Part shown: positions 46,230-55,145 of the stretch, in pieces
How the letters are laid out: each line of letters begins with the position of its first letter
Position numbering within the stretch: the first letter of the stretch is position 1
DNA from: a virus
Lineage: Duplodnaviria > Caudoviricetes
Length of the DNA: 64,000 nt
Virus record (IMG/VR): IMGVR_UViG_3300014205_000002
Span: 144,265 to 208,264 of that record
Direction: 5' to 3' (one strand)
Notes under the pieces: generated by a model
Told to the model about the DNA's origin: nothing
Databases searched by the model: none
Seen by the model: only the letters and a program-made list of their open reading frames with translations
Translations under genes and position numbers: made by a program

Positions 46230-46606
46230 GCGCCGAACCTGGACAGATGACCGTCAGCCGCTGGCTCCGCCTGGAGCTGGCGGCCCAGGTCAGCACCCAG
46301 GTGGACGCCTGCGTCCTGTTAGAGGCGATCGCCCGACAGATACGCGTGACTTCAAACTGCTCACTCCGGTCCGACCAACCGCCCACGGAGGAGCAGGTCT
46401 CCTATCACCTCAACATGACGGGGCCCACGTTTCACGCCAAGTCCATGTTGCGGCTCGACATCATAGGCGTGGGCGATCGCGCAGCCATCGACGACCAGAT
46501 TAACACCATGCTGGGGCGGCTTATCAAGGCGGTCGACCAGGCGTACAGCGGGCACACAGGGCTGGCGCTCAGCGTCAAGGCCCTGCGCCACCCCGAGGAG
46601 GAATAA
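46226..46606 (+). CDS. Hypothetical protein
   Basis: GTGA coupling. Confidence 0.55.
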   Translation: MSAEPGQMTVSRWLRLELAAQVSTQVDACVLLEAIARQIRVTSNCSLRSDQPPTEEQVSYHLNMTGPTFHAKSMLRLDIIGVGDRAAIDDQINTMLGRLIKAVDQAYSGHTGLALSVKALRHPEEE

Positions 46607-46607
46607 G

Positions 46608-47285
46608 ATGCCATGTGAACGCTGTGGCGGTCGCGAAACAAATGCGCTCGCCGTTCCGCTTTGCGGTTTCCGCAGGCTGTGCGAGGTCTGCGTCTTCGCG
46701 CTGGATCATGGCGAAGCCCCCAGCCTCGCAGAGGCGGTGGCTGAATGCGAAGAGGAGCATGACGGCGAGGAGATCGAGCTGATCACGCTCACCTTCGACG
46801 ACGGCACGCACCAGGACTACATCCTGCTCCAGCAGGAGGTGGTCGACGGCGAGACCTATTGCGCCATGCTCGCGACGCGCCCTGAGGACGACGCTTCACC
46901 CGAGATTGAGGAGATCGTGGTCGTCAAGGTTCTCAACCCTGGCGAGGAAAACGAGCAGTTCGTCAATCTCACCGAGGTCGAGCTACTCAAGGCACTCGAC
47001 GCGATCGGTGTCGGCACCACGGCGACCAACCAGCGCGCGACGATCACGCTCGGGCCTGAGGCCACCTGGCTCGCGCTCGACAACCCGATCTGCGAGTACA
47101 TGATGCTGCTGCCGCGGATCGAGTGGCCCAATTCTCTGCCGGGGCATCACTTCGCGAAGTCGCGCTCGGAAGGCACGATCTACGAGTTCTGGGCCGGCCG
47201 GGGCGAGCAGGGTCAGCCGGGCTATATGGTGCGCGTCGAGGATATGGGAAACGCCTTCACCTCGCCCGAGGAGATGGGCCTGTGA
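46608..47285 (+). CDS. Protein with a central DUF1292-like domain
   Basis: ITLTFDDGTHQDYILL..VDGETYCAML..EEIVVVKV..FVNLTEVE. N-terminal CxxC pairs. Confidence 0.6.
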   Translation: MPCERCGGRETNALAVPLCGFRRLCEVCVFALDHGEAPSLAEAVAECEEEHDGEEIELITLTFDDGTHQDYILLQQEVVDGETYCAMLATRPEDDASPEIEEIVVVKVLNPGEENEQFVNLTEVELLKALDAIGVGTTATNQRATITLGPEATWLALDNPICEYMMLLPRIEWPNSLPGHHFAKSRSEGTIYEFWAGRGEQGQPGYMVRVEDMGNAFTSPEEMGL

Positions 47286-47578
47286 CCTTCAAGAAGTCGT
47301 TCATCGACGCCCTCGTATGCACCCTGGTGATTGGCCTCGCGCTGTGGTACTGCCGTGCGAGCGATCGCCTCGACCCCGAGACGATGCAGGCCATCTACCT
47401 CGCGATCAGTATTACCTGGGGTGTATTCGCGATGCGCTGGAGTCTGCTTCCGCGCTGTGCTCAGTGCGGCTCGGCGCGCATCACCATCTATGGGGGCGGA
47501 CTCAACCCCCAAAGCCCGATAAAGGCCTGGTACCACTGCGACGTCTGCAATCACCGGGGCAGCGCCCCGAGCAGCTAA
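47282..47578 (+). CDS. Two-TM Zn-ribbon protein
   Basis: GTG start with SD GAGGAG, CAQC...CDVC. Confidence 0.6.
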   Translation: MTFKKSFIDALVCTLVIGLALWYCRASDRLDPETMQAIYLAISITWGVFAMRWSLLPRCAQCGSARITIYGGGLNPQSPIKAWYHCDVCNHRGSAPSS

Positions 47579-47589
47579 AGGAGAGCTTC

Positions 47590-47922
47590 ATGTTTAACAA
47601 GGTGTTCGGCCGAAAGAAGAAGATCGACGCACCAACGGTGAGTGTCTACGAGACGTTCATGCTGCTGCCCAACCAGAGCATCGCCCGCGAGGTCGCCATC
47701 CCCAAGGAGCTTCAAGGCAAGCGCCTCAAGGGCTTTATCGGCACTTCCATGGCCGCCCAGGTCAACGTCAACCCCGGCACCGAGCCCACCGGCGACGATC
47801 AGATCGCCCCCGACCACCCGCTGGAGGTCGACCTTGAGCTGGGCAAGGGCAAGGTCGTGTTCTGGCTCCAGAACCTCGGCGAGGTAAAGGCCGCCGGGTT
47901 CGTAATGCTCACGGCACGGTAG
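47590..47922 (+). CDS. Hypothetical protein
   Basis: Start MFNKVFG, SD AAGGAG. Confidence 0.65.
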   Translation: MFNKVFGRKKKIDAPTVSVYETFMLLPNQSIAREVAIPKELQGKRLKGFIGTSMAAQVNVNPGTEPTGDDQIAPDHPLEVDLELGKGKVVFWLQNLGEVKAAGFVMLTAR

Positions 47923-47925
47923 CGC

Positions 47926-48384
47926 TTGGGCGCGCGAAAGCTCACCTGGGAGGATGTCCGGGAGATTCGGCGGCGCAGCCGCGAAGGCGAGACCCTCGCG
48001 GCTCTTGCCCGGGAGTACGAGGTCTCAAGCGTTTGCGTCCATGGGGTAGCGGTGGGGAGAACTTGGCGCAACGACCCCGAGATGGGGGCTTTTCCGCTCA
48101 AAACCGATCTCCGCAGTACTGGACAGCCGCGCATCAAAGATCACGAGGCCAACTTCAAGAGCAAGCTCCGAATTGAAAACGACTGTTGGATCTGGGCCGC
48201 GGGCCACGGCAACGGAAGTCCTGTGTTCTGGGTCAACCAGGCCTACCACCTCGCATACCGCTTCGCATACGAGATGGCCGTCGGCAAGCTTGGGCCCGGC
48301 CAGAAGCTCTACCGAGCGTGCGCGAGTAAGTCCTGCGTCAACCCCGCGCACTACACCTTCCAACGAATGAGGAGATCGCCATGA
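47926..48384 (+). CDS. HTH plus degenerate HNH endonuclease-like protein
   Basis: KLTWEDVREIRRR..LAREYEVS and CWIWAAG..AYRFAYE..CASKSCVNPAH. Confidence 0.7.
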   Translation: MGARKLTWEDVREIRRRSREGETLAALAREYEVSSVCVHGVAVGRTWRNDPEMGAFPLKTDLRSTGQPRIKDHEANFKSKLRIENDCWIWAAGHGNGSPVFWVNQAYHLAYRFAYEMAVGKLGPGQKLYRACASKSCVNPAHYTFQRMRRSP

Positions 48385-48863
48385 CCCAGGCGCGCACGAG
48401 TGCGGCGGCACTCCACCACATCATCGCCACGGGGCTCGTATCCAAGCAGCGCACGGAGGTCTTGGAGGCGCTGTTTGAGCACGGGCCATGCACCGCCCGA
48501 GAGCTACAGGAGCTAGCCTTCGCTGGACGGGACTTCGCCCACAAGCGACTGCCCGAGCTACGCAGCCAGCATGTCGCAGAGGAGCTTGGCACGCGCGTCT
48601 GTCGCTTCGGTGGCGAGAGCGCGACCGTCTGGGATGTTGCATCCGGGCCAGTCGTGAAGTACGAGTCGCCGCCGACGGCAGCCGAGCAATTGGTCGAGGT
48701 GCGTGTTACGATTGAGCGCATCGCCGAGCTCACCAAGGCCCTGTTTGAGGGACGCCATCAGGGCGTTCCGTCCTACCAATTGCGGGCACTGGGCGAGGAG
48801 CTCAATCAGCACCTGGTGCAACTGGGGCACCCAAGCATCCCCGTATTCTGCTTCGCGCTCTGA
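48381..48863 (+). CDS. Winged-helix DNA-binding protein
   Basis: QRTEVLEALFEHGPCTAREL..HKRLPELR..GTRVC. Confidence 0.6.
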   Translation: MTQARTSAAALHHIIATGLVSKQRTEVLEALFEHGPCTARELQELAFAGRDFAHKRLPELRSQHVAEELGTRVCRFGGESATVWDVASGPVVKYESPPTAAEQLVEVRVTIERIAELTKALFEGRHQGVPSYQLRALGEELNQHLVQLGHPSIPVFCFAL

Positions 48864-48921
48864 CCCGTTGGTCGGACCGCTCGCATCACCCGAAACCCAC
48901 ATCACCCGAGAGGAGGCCCCT

Positions 48922-49926
48922 ATGGGCAAAGGCATTGGTTTCACCGTACTGTGCGGCAAGGTCGCGGAAACGCCGACCTACGCAGCGCCCGCCGGTCCCG
49001 AGACGGAGCACCAGCTCCAGTTCTACCTGAACGTCCCGAACTACCGCAAGGACCCCACGCATCCAGACGGCGGCTTCTGGGAGCCCAACGTCATCCTCGT
49101 ACGCGCCCGTGGTGCGTTTGTCGAGCGTTGGTCTGGCATCAAGAAGGACGAGCGTCTGCTGATCGAGGGCACATTCGAGAAGCAGACCTGGTCCGACAAG
49201 GGCGATCTGAAAGACGACGGTCAGCCGCGCAAGAAGTCGTTGCTGTTCGTGCGCGCCACCACGATCAAGAAGGGTGGCTCCGACAACTTCAATACGGTCG
49301 TCCTGCTCGGTCGTGCGGGTGACAAGCCCGAGATCAAGTACTTCGACAACGGCGGATCGCTCGCCAGGCTCCCGCTCGCCATCAACGTGTGGAACCGCAA
49401 GAAGCAGGAAGAGGAAGCCTGCTGGATCGACGTAGAGGTCCAGGGCAAGAAGGCCGACGGCAACAAGAACCGTGCGGAGTCTGCCTCCGAACACGTCACA
49501 AAGGGCTCGATGATTGCGATCCAGCGCGGCCTGCTCGTCACCCAGACCTGGGACAACGAGCGCACCGGCAAGCGCGAACGCAAGACCTTCGTCAAGGCCT
49601 TCGACTGGCAGTTCGAGGGAGCCAAGGGCTCAGGGGCAGGTGGAAACACCGACGACGGCGCTGGCTACGATTTCCCGCCCGACGAGGAGTATCCCTTCGG
49701 CGAGGACGGCAGTGCGGCCGAGCCAGGCCGCACCTACGGGGTTGGCGACCATCGCGCGCAGCCTCCCGAGGACGGTGGCTCTGGTCGCTACCCCTATGGA
49801 GGTGGAAACCCAGACGCTCCGCCAGGCAGCCGCTACGAGCGACTGGCGGGTGGACCCAGCGACCCCAACAAGACCCCCAACGGCCTGCCGCGTGATCCTG
49901 GCGTCGATGACGACATCCCATTCTAG
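48922..49926 (+). CDS. ssb: Single-stranded DNA-binding protein with two OB folds
   Basis: Two OB-like halves (LCGKVAETP.. and NTVVLLGRAGDKPEIKYF..), Gly/Pro tail, C-terminal DDDIPF. SD GAGGAGG. Confidence 0.9.
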   Translation: MGKGIGFTVLCGKVAETPTYAAPAGPETEHQLQFYLNVPNYRKDPTHPDGGFWEPNVILVRARGAFVERWSGIKKDERLLIEGTFEKQTWSDKGDLKDDGQPRKKSLLFVRATTIKKGGSDNFNTVVLLGRAGDKPEIKYFDNGGSLARLPLAINVWNRKKQEEEACWIDVEVQGKKADGNKNRAESASEHVTKGSMIAIQRGLLVTQTWDNERTGKRERKTFVKAFDWQFEGAKGSGAGGNTDDGAGYDFPPDEEYPFGEDGSAAEPGRTYGVGDHRAQPPEDGGSGRYPYGGGNPDAPPGSRYERLAGGPSDPNKTPNGLPRDPGVDDDIPF

Positions 49927-50123
49927 TGCCAGACTCGACCGCTCACCCCTCCCCGCTCGCCAGCTCCGCCCCGGAACCAACCGGGGCGGACTTGGCTTGG
50001 GCTACCGGTCTCCTGCTGATCAGCATGGTGGCATTCTTCGTCGTCGGCATCATCCGAGGCACGCAGTTCAACACGCCACCCGAACGACCGACTGACCAGA
50101 TTGAGAACGACGACGTCCCGTGA
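49926..50123 (+). CDS. Small single-pass membrane protein
   Basis: One hydrophobic helix, TAGTG coupling. Confidence 0.5.
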   Translation: MPDSTAHPSPLASSAPEPTGADLAWATGLLLISMVAFFVVGIIRGTQFNTPPERPTDQIENDDVP

Positions 50124-50205
50124 CGGCGATCCATCCATGGTGCCGTCACGAGACGTCACCCATTGCCGTCACGTGACGGCGGCGTCTGAGACGTCACGTG
50201 ACGGC
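50112..50205. repeat. Array of four 16-bp palindromic boxes, consensus GMCGTCACGTGACGKC
   Basis: Boxes start at 50112, 50142, 50165 (perfect palindrome) and 50190. Confidence 0.85.
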
Positions 50206-50261
50206 ACCGGGTGGATCGACCGAGGCCCGTAGCCCTCTATCATAAGCGTAGGAGGTTGGTC

Positions 50262-53200
50262 ATGGCCGAGCAGAACCCACAGGAGATTCCCTACAAGGTC
50301 ACGATCGACGAGTCGGACGTCCAACGGGCGATCAACGCCGTCGAGACCGCTGCCGCCCGTGCGGCCAGCTCCATCTCGGGCCTCTCCGCCAACGTCACTG
50401 GGGCGATCGCCAACCAGGCGGCAAACCTCGGTCACGGCCCTGCGGGTTCTGGCGGCGGTAACGCCTTGATGCCGGGCCTCACCGCCCACATGCTCGCGGG
50501 TCCAGCGGCACCCTACGACCCGAGGGCGACGCTCGCTCGCGACGCGATGATGCAGCAGTACCTCGCGATGGGGGCGAGCCCAGGCGGCATGGGCGCGGGA
50601 CTGACGACGCCTTTCGGCGATCCGACCATCAACGTCTTCCGCCAGCCTCAGGCAGCACCAGCATTCCAGGTCCCCCTGGGCTTCCTCAGCTCGTACGCCC
50701 CGCCGGGCGCGCCCGGCGATCCCCGCCGCGATCGCATGGTGTTCGGGCAAGGCGAAGGCTCCATGGTTGATCTCGGCTGGATGGTCGGCGGCCGACTCAC
50801 GACTGGGCGCATCGCCAACGACAACCTGGAAGATCGCATGTTCCGCAACATCGATCGCCGCGCGCAGTTCTTCGGTCAAAACCTGCAAGACGTCGAGACC
50901 TTCATGGCGTCGGATGTCGCCGGTGGCTTCACGGGCGGCGCGATGGGTGCCTTCGCCGGCAACTTCTTCGGCGGTCCCGTGGGTGGCCTCGCGGGCGGCA
51001 TCGTCGGCGGCGTGGTCGGGCAGGGCCTCGGCAACCTCACAGCTGCGACACTGGGGCGCATCTCCAAGCCCTATGAGGAGATGGCCCAGGACTTCCGGAC
51101 GCTCACCTCTCCCTTCATTCGCGGCGAGAAGCTCGGGGGAGGCATCTCCAATCGCGAGACCTTCCAGGTCCAGCGGGAGCTGGCGCAGAAGCTCTCGGAG
51201 GACAACTTCTTCAACCAGCAGGAGTTCCAGGAGATCGTCAACGTCGCCGGCGAAACCGGGGCATTCCGCTTCACGGGCTCGAAGGATCAGGCGCTTGACG
51301 CGATCACCAAGATGGGCGAGAGCGTGAAGACGCTCTATGCGCTGGGCGTGAAGTCGAAAGAGATGCTGTCCGAGATCGACAAGTCGCTAGGGGCCTTCGG
51401 CATCAACCCCGGCCAGAGCCCAGGCCAGACCGCGAACTTCTTCCAGGCCATGGCGGTCAGCGCGCAGAGCGCCGGCATCTCGGTTTCACAGATGACCACG
51501 GCGGCCGCGCCGGCCGGCCAGCTGTTCGCCTCACAGGGCATCGGCATGGCCGCTGGCGCGCGCATCGGTGCGCTCAATCAGGGTATCGCCGGCGACCTTT
51601 TCCGCAGCCAGTCGCTGGGGGCGTTCGAGAACGCGTACTACGGCGGAACCGAGGGCTTCGGCCAGAAGCTCACGACAGGCACCGCCGCGATGCTACGCAC
51701 CCCCGTGGGGCAGTCGCTGATCGCCTCGATGATGGCCCCCGGCATGGACAACCTCAAGCGCATGATGGCAGGCGAGACGATGGACATTCCCGACATCCTG
51801 TCGGGCGTGGGCAGCTACGCAAGCAACCCCGGCAAGTTCCTCGGCATGCAGATGCTGATGCCCAAACTCACCCAGCAACTCGGCCCCGAGGTGCTCCAGA
51901 TGGGCATGATGAATACGCAGATTCAGCAGTTCCGCAACATCACCGGCAACCAGAGCGGGCCGCTCAATCCCGAGGAGTTCATCGGCATCATGGCGCGCGT
52001 CAACGGCCTGACCGAGGACGAGGCGATGGCCCAGTACGATATGCTGACAAACGCGGGAACCGCCGCGCGTGGCCTGCGCCGATCGGCCCAGGATCAGATG
52101 GGCATCGCTCGCGTCGAGGCAATGCGCAGCCCCGGCATGGAGCGGTTCTTCTCCAAGCTCTACGACCGGACAATCGGACAGTTCGGCGCGAACGTGTCTG
52201 CGGACCTGGGCGAGTTCAACGCCAACATCGCCCGCAATATCAACCGCTTCGTCACCGGCACCTATGACTACGAACTCGGCGGAACCGGACGCGAGGCTCT
52301 CGACAACCCGATGGCGATCCGATCCCAGTCGCTGGAGGCTGCCGACTTCCTGGAGGAGTTGGGCTTCACGTCGAAGCCCAAGCGCCGATCGTCCGAGGAG
52401 ATGCAAACCAGTCACACTGAGCAGACCGTTGCGGACGCTTTAGGCAGCCCGCTCGTCGAGGTCCACTTCACCGAGATGGCCCTCGCCGCCGGCGAGAACA
52501 AAGGCCAGATCGCGAGCTATGTCGACCAGATTCGCGGAGCCGGTACCGTCACAAAGCGCCTCGATTCGCGGACCAGCTCCGAACTCCAGATGCTCGCCGA
52601 GGAGGCGACGGGCCTCAGCGGCATCGAGGCGATCGCCAAGGCCAAGACCGACACCAAGGCCAACGTCAACTTCGATCGCGTAGCCCGCGGCAAGGGCTTC
52701 GACGTGGGCGACATCAACGCCTTCCTCGGCCTGGGCTTCGTACAGGTGGGCGTCGACGACGTTCCGCCCACGCTCGGTGGACCCAGCGTGAACCTCGCGA
52801 ACGTGCCGCGGCCGCAACGTGAGCGGACCACCGAAGAGAAGACGCGCGGACGTGTGCTTGATGATCTGCGTGGCCGCAGTGGCCTCGCCGATCAGCGCAC
52901 TCGGGACATGGTCAAGCGCATGGTGGATGCGGGCGAGATCACCGAGGCAGATGGTCGTGGCTTCTTGGATCCAAACGCTCAGTCGACCTCGCGAGTTCCT
53001 AGCCGTATAAATAAAACGATCGATACTGAGACCCAGAACCGTTTGACGAACCTGGCCTATGACGAGGTAGTCAAGAGCCTGGAGGAGTTCCAGGTCGAGA
53101 ACATGGACGCCATCAGCGGCATGCGTAGCTACGCTGAGGGGCGCGATAGCTCGGTGAGCCAGATGGCCGACAACGCTGCGGCCACCATCCTCGGCACGCG

Positions 53201-54704
53201 CGGCCGCGATGAACTGAGCTCCTATGTGGTCACCCAGGGCAAGGGTGCCGAGCTAAAGACGCTGGAGAACTTCGCGCCGGCGTTCTTCGGCGGCAAGCCC
53301 TACGCCGAACTGAGCGCCCATGAGCAGGCCCAACTAGGCGCGAACGTCGCGTCGCTCGCGGGCAATGATATCGGCGCGAACACGGGCGGCCTCAGGGCTT
53401 TGGTCGCGGGCGCGCCCAAGGCGGTGAAGTCCGTGGGCATGCTGAACCTGGAGAAGCTGGAGCAGGATCGCGTCGACATCCTCAATAGCCTCGGCGGAAG
53501 TAGTGCGCTAACTGGCTCCGACGTTCGGCGTGCGCTGGAGGTAACCGGCAAGGAGCGCTTCATCAACGCAGAGGTAGTAAGCGAGATGTCGATCCAGCAG
53601 ATGGCGACCGAGTCGGCGGATGGTGTCGACTTCTCGCGGCGCTTAACCGCGGCCGGAATCACCGACAAGGTTGCCCAGGAGTTGGGCATCGACGTGAATG
53701 CCTTCGTGAAGGATCGCGCGGGCTTCATTGAGGAGCGCATGGCGCGCGTCAACGCGGCGATGTCGAAGACCTCGGAGGGCAACCGCGGCAAGCTACTCAA
53801 GGCCCAGGCCGAGATTCAGAAGACGGGCTTCGCGGGCATGGGCGATGCCGACGAGGCCAAGATCTTCCAGGCCACCACGAAGTACCAGGGCTACCTGTTC
53901 GACCTGGAGAAGGTTGCGGGTAGCTCGATCGACACGCAGACTCGCGAGCGCATCAAGCAGCGCCTCAAGGGCGACTCGATTGGGGGCGAGAAGCTAGGCG
54001 ATCTGCTCTCGCACTTCAATGAGGCGCGTGGCGATCGCTCAGACGGTATCACGTCGCTCACCGAGGCCCTACTCAAAGACCCAACGGCGATGGGTGACCT
54101 GGGCGTTTCAAAGGGCTTCCTGGAAGCGGTGAGCGGAGCCACGGCAAACCTGGAGTCCGGCGAAAGCATCAGCGTCGACCAGGCTGCGGCAATCTTCAAG
54201 CAGACGATGCCAGAACTCAAACCTGACCAGTTGAAGCGCCAGTCTGAGAAAGAGGCCAAATACCTTGATGGGTTGAGCCCCGAGGATCGCAAGCGCCAGG
54301 GCATGGAGTTCTTGCGCGGCGGCGTCACCCAAGCGGTCACCAACGGCTCGACTGCGGACTCACGGACGGGGGAGAACCTGGCGGGCGGCATCCTCAGCCC
54401 CGAGAGCCTGCAAGGCATCACCCGAGCCATCGAGCAGCAGAACGAGGTCGCCAAGTCACTGGAGAAGATCGCAAGCCAGTTCGAGGGCGGCTCCGTCAAC
54501 GACATGGTTGCGCAGATCGGCGAACTTAAAAAGTCCGTCGGGCAGAATGGAACCTTCCCTCAGGCGGTGGACAAGTTCGCCGAGACGATCGACAAGCTTA
54601 CCCGCACACCCTTGAGGGCGACCGTCGAGACGGTCCGGGGCGCGAGTGGCGGTGGTGCAGGTCGACCGCCAGCTGGGGCCGAGCGCCCGCCAGGAAGCAA
54701 GTAA
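50262..54704 (+). CDS. Tail tape-measure protein
   Basis: About 1480 aa, A/G/M/Q-rich and helical, with a Gly-zipper hydrophobic stretch. Precedes tail/baseplate genes. SD AGGAGG. Confidence 0.75.
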   Translation: MAEQNPQEIPYKVTIDESDVQRAINAVETAAARAASSISGLSANVTGAIANQAANLGHGPAGSGGGNALMPGLTAHMLAGPAAPYDPRATLARDAMMQQYLAMGASPGGMGAGLTTPFGDPTINVFRQPQAAPAFQVPLGFLSSYAPPGAPGDPRRDRMVFGQGEGSMVDLGWMVGGRLTTGRIANDNLEDRMFRNIDRRAQFFGQNLQDVETFMASDVAGGFTGGAMGAFAGNFFGGPVGGLAGGIVGGVVGQGLGNLTAATLGRISKPYEEMAQDFRTLTSPFIRGEKLGGGISNRETFQVQRELAQKLSEDNFFNQQEFQEIVNVAGETGAFRFTGSKDQALDAITKMGESVKTLYALGVKSKEMLSEIDKSLGAFGINPGQSPGQTANFFQAMAVSAQSAGISVSQMTTAAAPAGQLFASQGIGMAAGARIGALNQGIAGDLFRSQSLGAFENAYYGGTEGFGQKLTTGTAAMLRTPVGQSLIASMMAPGMDNLKRMMAGETMDIPDILSGVGSYASNPGKFLGMQMLMPKLTQQLGPEVLQMGMMNTQIQQFRNITGNQSGPLNPEEFIGIMARVNGLTEDEAMAQYDMLTNAGTAARGLRRSAQDQMGIARVEAMRSPGMERFFSKLYDRTIGQFGANVSADLGEFNANIARNINRFVTGTYDYELGGTGREALDNPMAIRSQSLEAADFLEELGFTSKPKRRSSEEMQTSHTEQTVADALGSPLVEVHFTEMALAAGENKGQIASYVDQIRGAGTVTKRLDSRTSSELQMLAEEATGLSGIEAIAKAKTDTKANVNFDRVARGKGFDVGDINAFLGLGFVQVGVDDVPPTLGGPSVNLANVPRPQRERTTEEKTRGRVLDDLRGRSGLADQRTRDMVKRMVDAGEITEADGRGFLDPNAQSTSRVPSRINKTIDTETQNRLTNLAYDEVVKSLEEFQVENMDAISGMRSYAEGRDSSVSQMADNAAATILGTRGRDELSSYVVTQGKGAELKTLENFAPAFFGGKPYAELSAHEQAQLGANVASLAGNDIGANTGGLRALVAGAPKAVKSVGMLNLEKLEQDRVDILNSLGGSSALTGSDVRRALEVTGKERFINAEVVSEMSIQQMATESADGVDFSRRLTAAGITDKVAQELGIDVNAFVKDRAGFIEERMARVNAAMSKTSEGNRGKLLKAQAEIQKTGFAGMGDADEAKIFQATTKYQGYLFDLEKVAGSSIDTQTRERIKQRLKGDSIGGEKLGDLLSHFNEARGDRSDGITSLTEALLKDPTAMGDLGVSKGFLEAVSGATANLESGESISVDQAAAIFKQTMPELKPDQLKRQSEKEAKYLDGLSPEDRKRQGMEFLRGGVTQAVTNGSTADSRTGENLAGGILSPESLQGITRAIEQQNEVAKSLEKIASQFEGGSVNDMVAQIGELKKSVGQNGTFPQAVDKFAETIDKLTRTPLRATVETVRGASGGGAGRPPAGAERPPGSK

Positions 54705-55126
54705 TGCGACTGTTCAACGCGGCGTCAACCAACCTCGATCGCTACAACCCCAACTGGGAGAAGGGGCTGGAGTTGGGCGACCTCGCGCAATGGCTGGTCA
54801 ACTGGAAGACCGGCACGGAGATCCTCGATCTCTATCTGGAGTGCCAGGCGCTTGCCCTCGTGGAGAACCCCGGCTACTGCCATCGCCTGCCAGGCCGGCC
54901 CGACCCCACCATCCCGCCGTTCCGGGCCCGCGCGAAGTGCCTCGCCGGTGCAGCCTGGGTGGCGCTTGAGCCCGAGGTCGCTGGCCAGCTCGTCGCGGAC
55001 ACGGTGGTCGCGAAAAAGGCCAAGCGAATGGTCGTCGACATGCAGCGCGCCCAGGACGAGAAGTGCTGGGCGGTATTGGGGCTGCTGCTCACGTTTGAGG
55101 AGTTGATGTTCCCCTTGCCCCTATAA
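54704..55126 (+). CDS. Hypothetical protein
   Basis: TAATG coupling to the tape-measure gene. Confidence 0.6.
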   Translation: MRLFNAASTNLDRYNPNWEKGLELGDLAQWLVNWKTGTEILDLYLECQALALVENPGYCHRLPGRPDPTIPPFRARAKCLAGAAWVALEPEVAGQLVADTVVAKKAKRMVVDMQRAQDEKCWAVLGLLLTFEELMFPLPL

Positions 55127-55145
55127 TACCCTCGGAGGCGGCGAG

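Noticed and set aside
50112-50205. CRISPR mini-array
   Set aside because: Repeats are only 16 bp with 7-14 bp gaps, and there are no cas genes.
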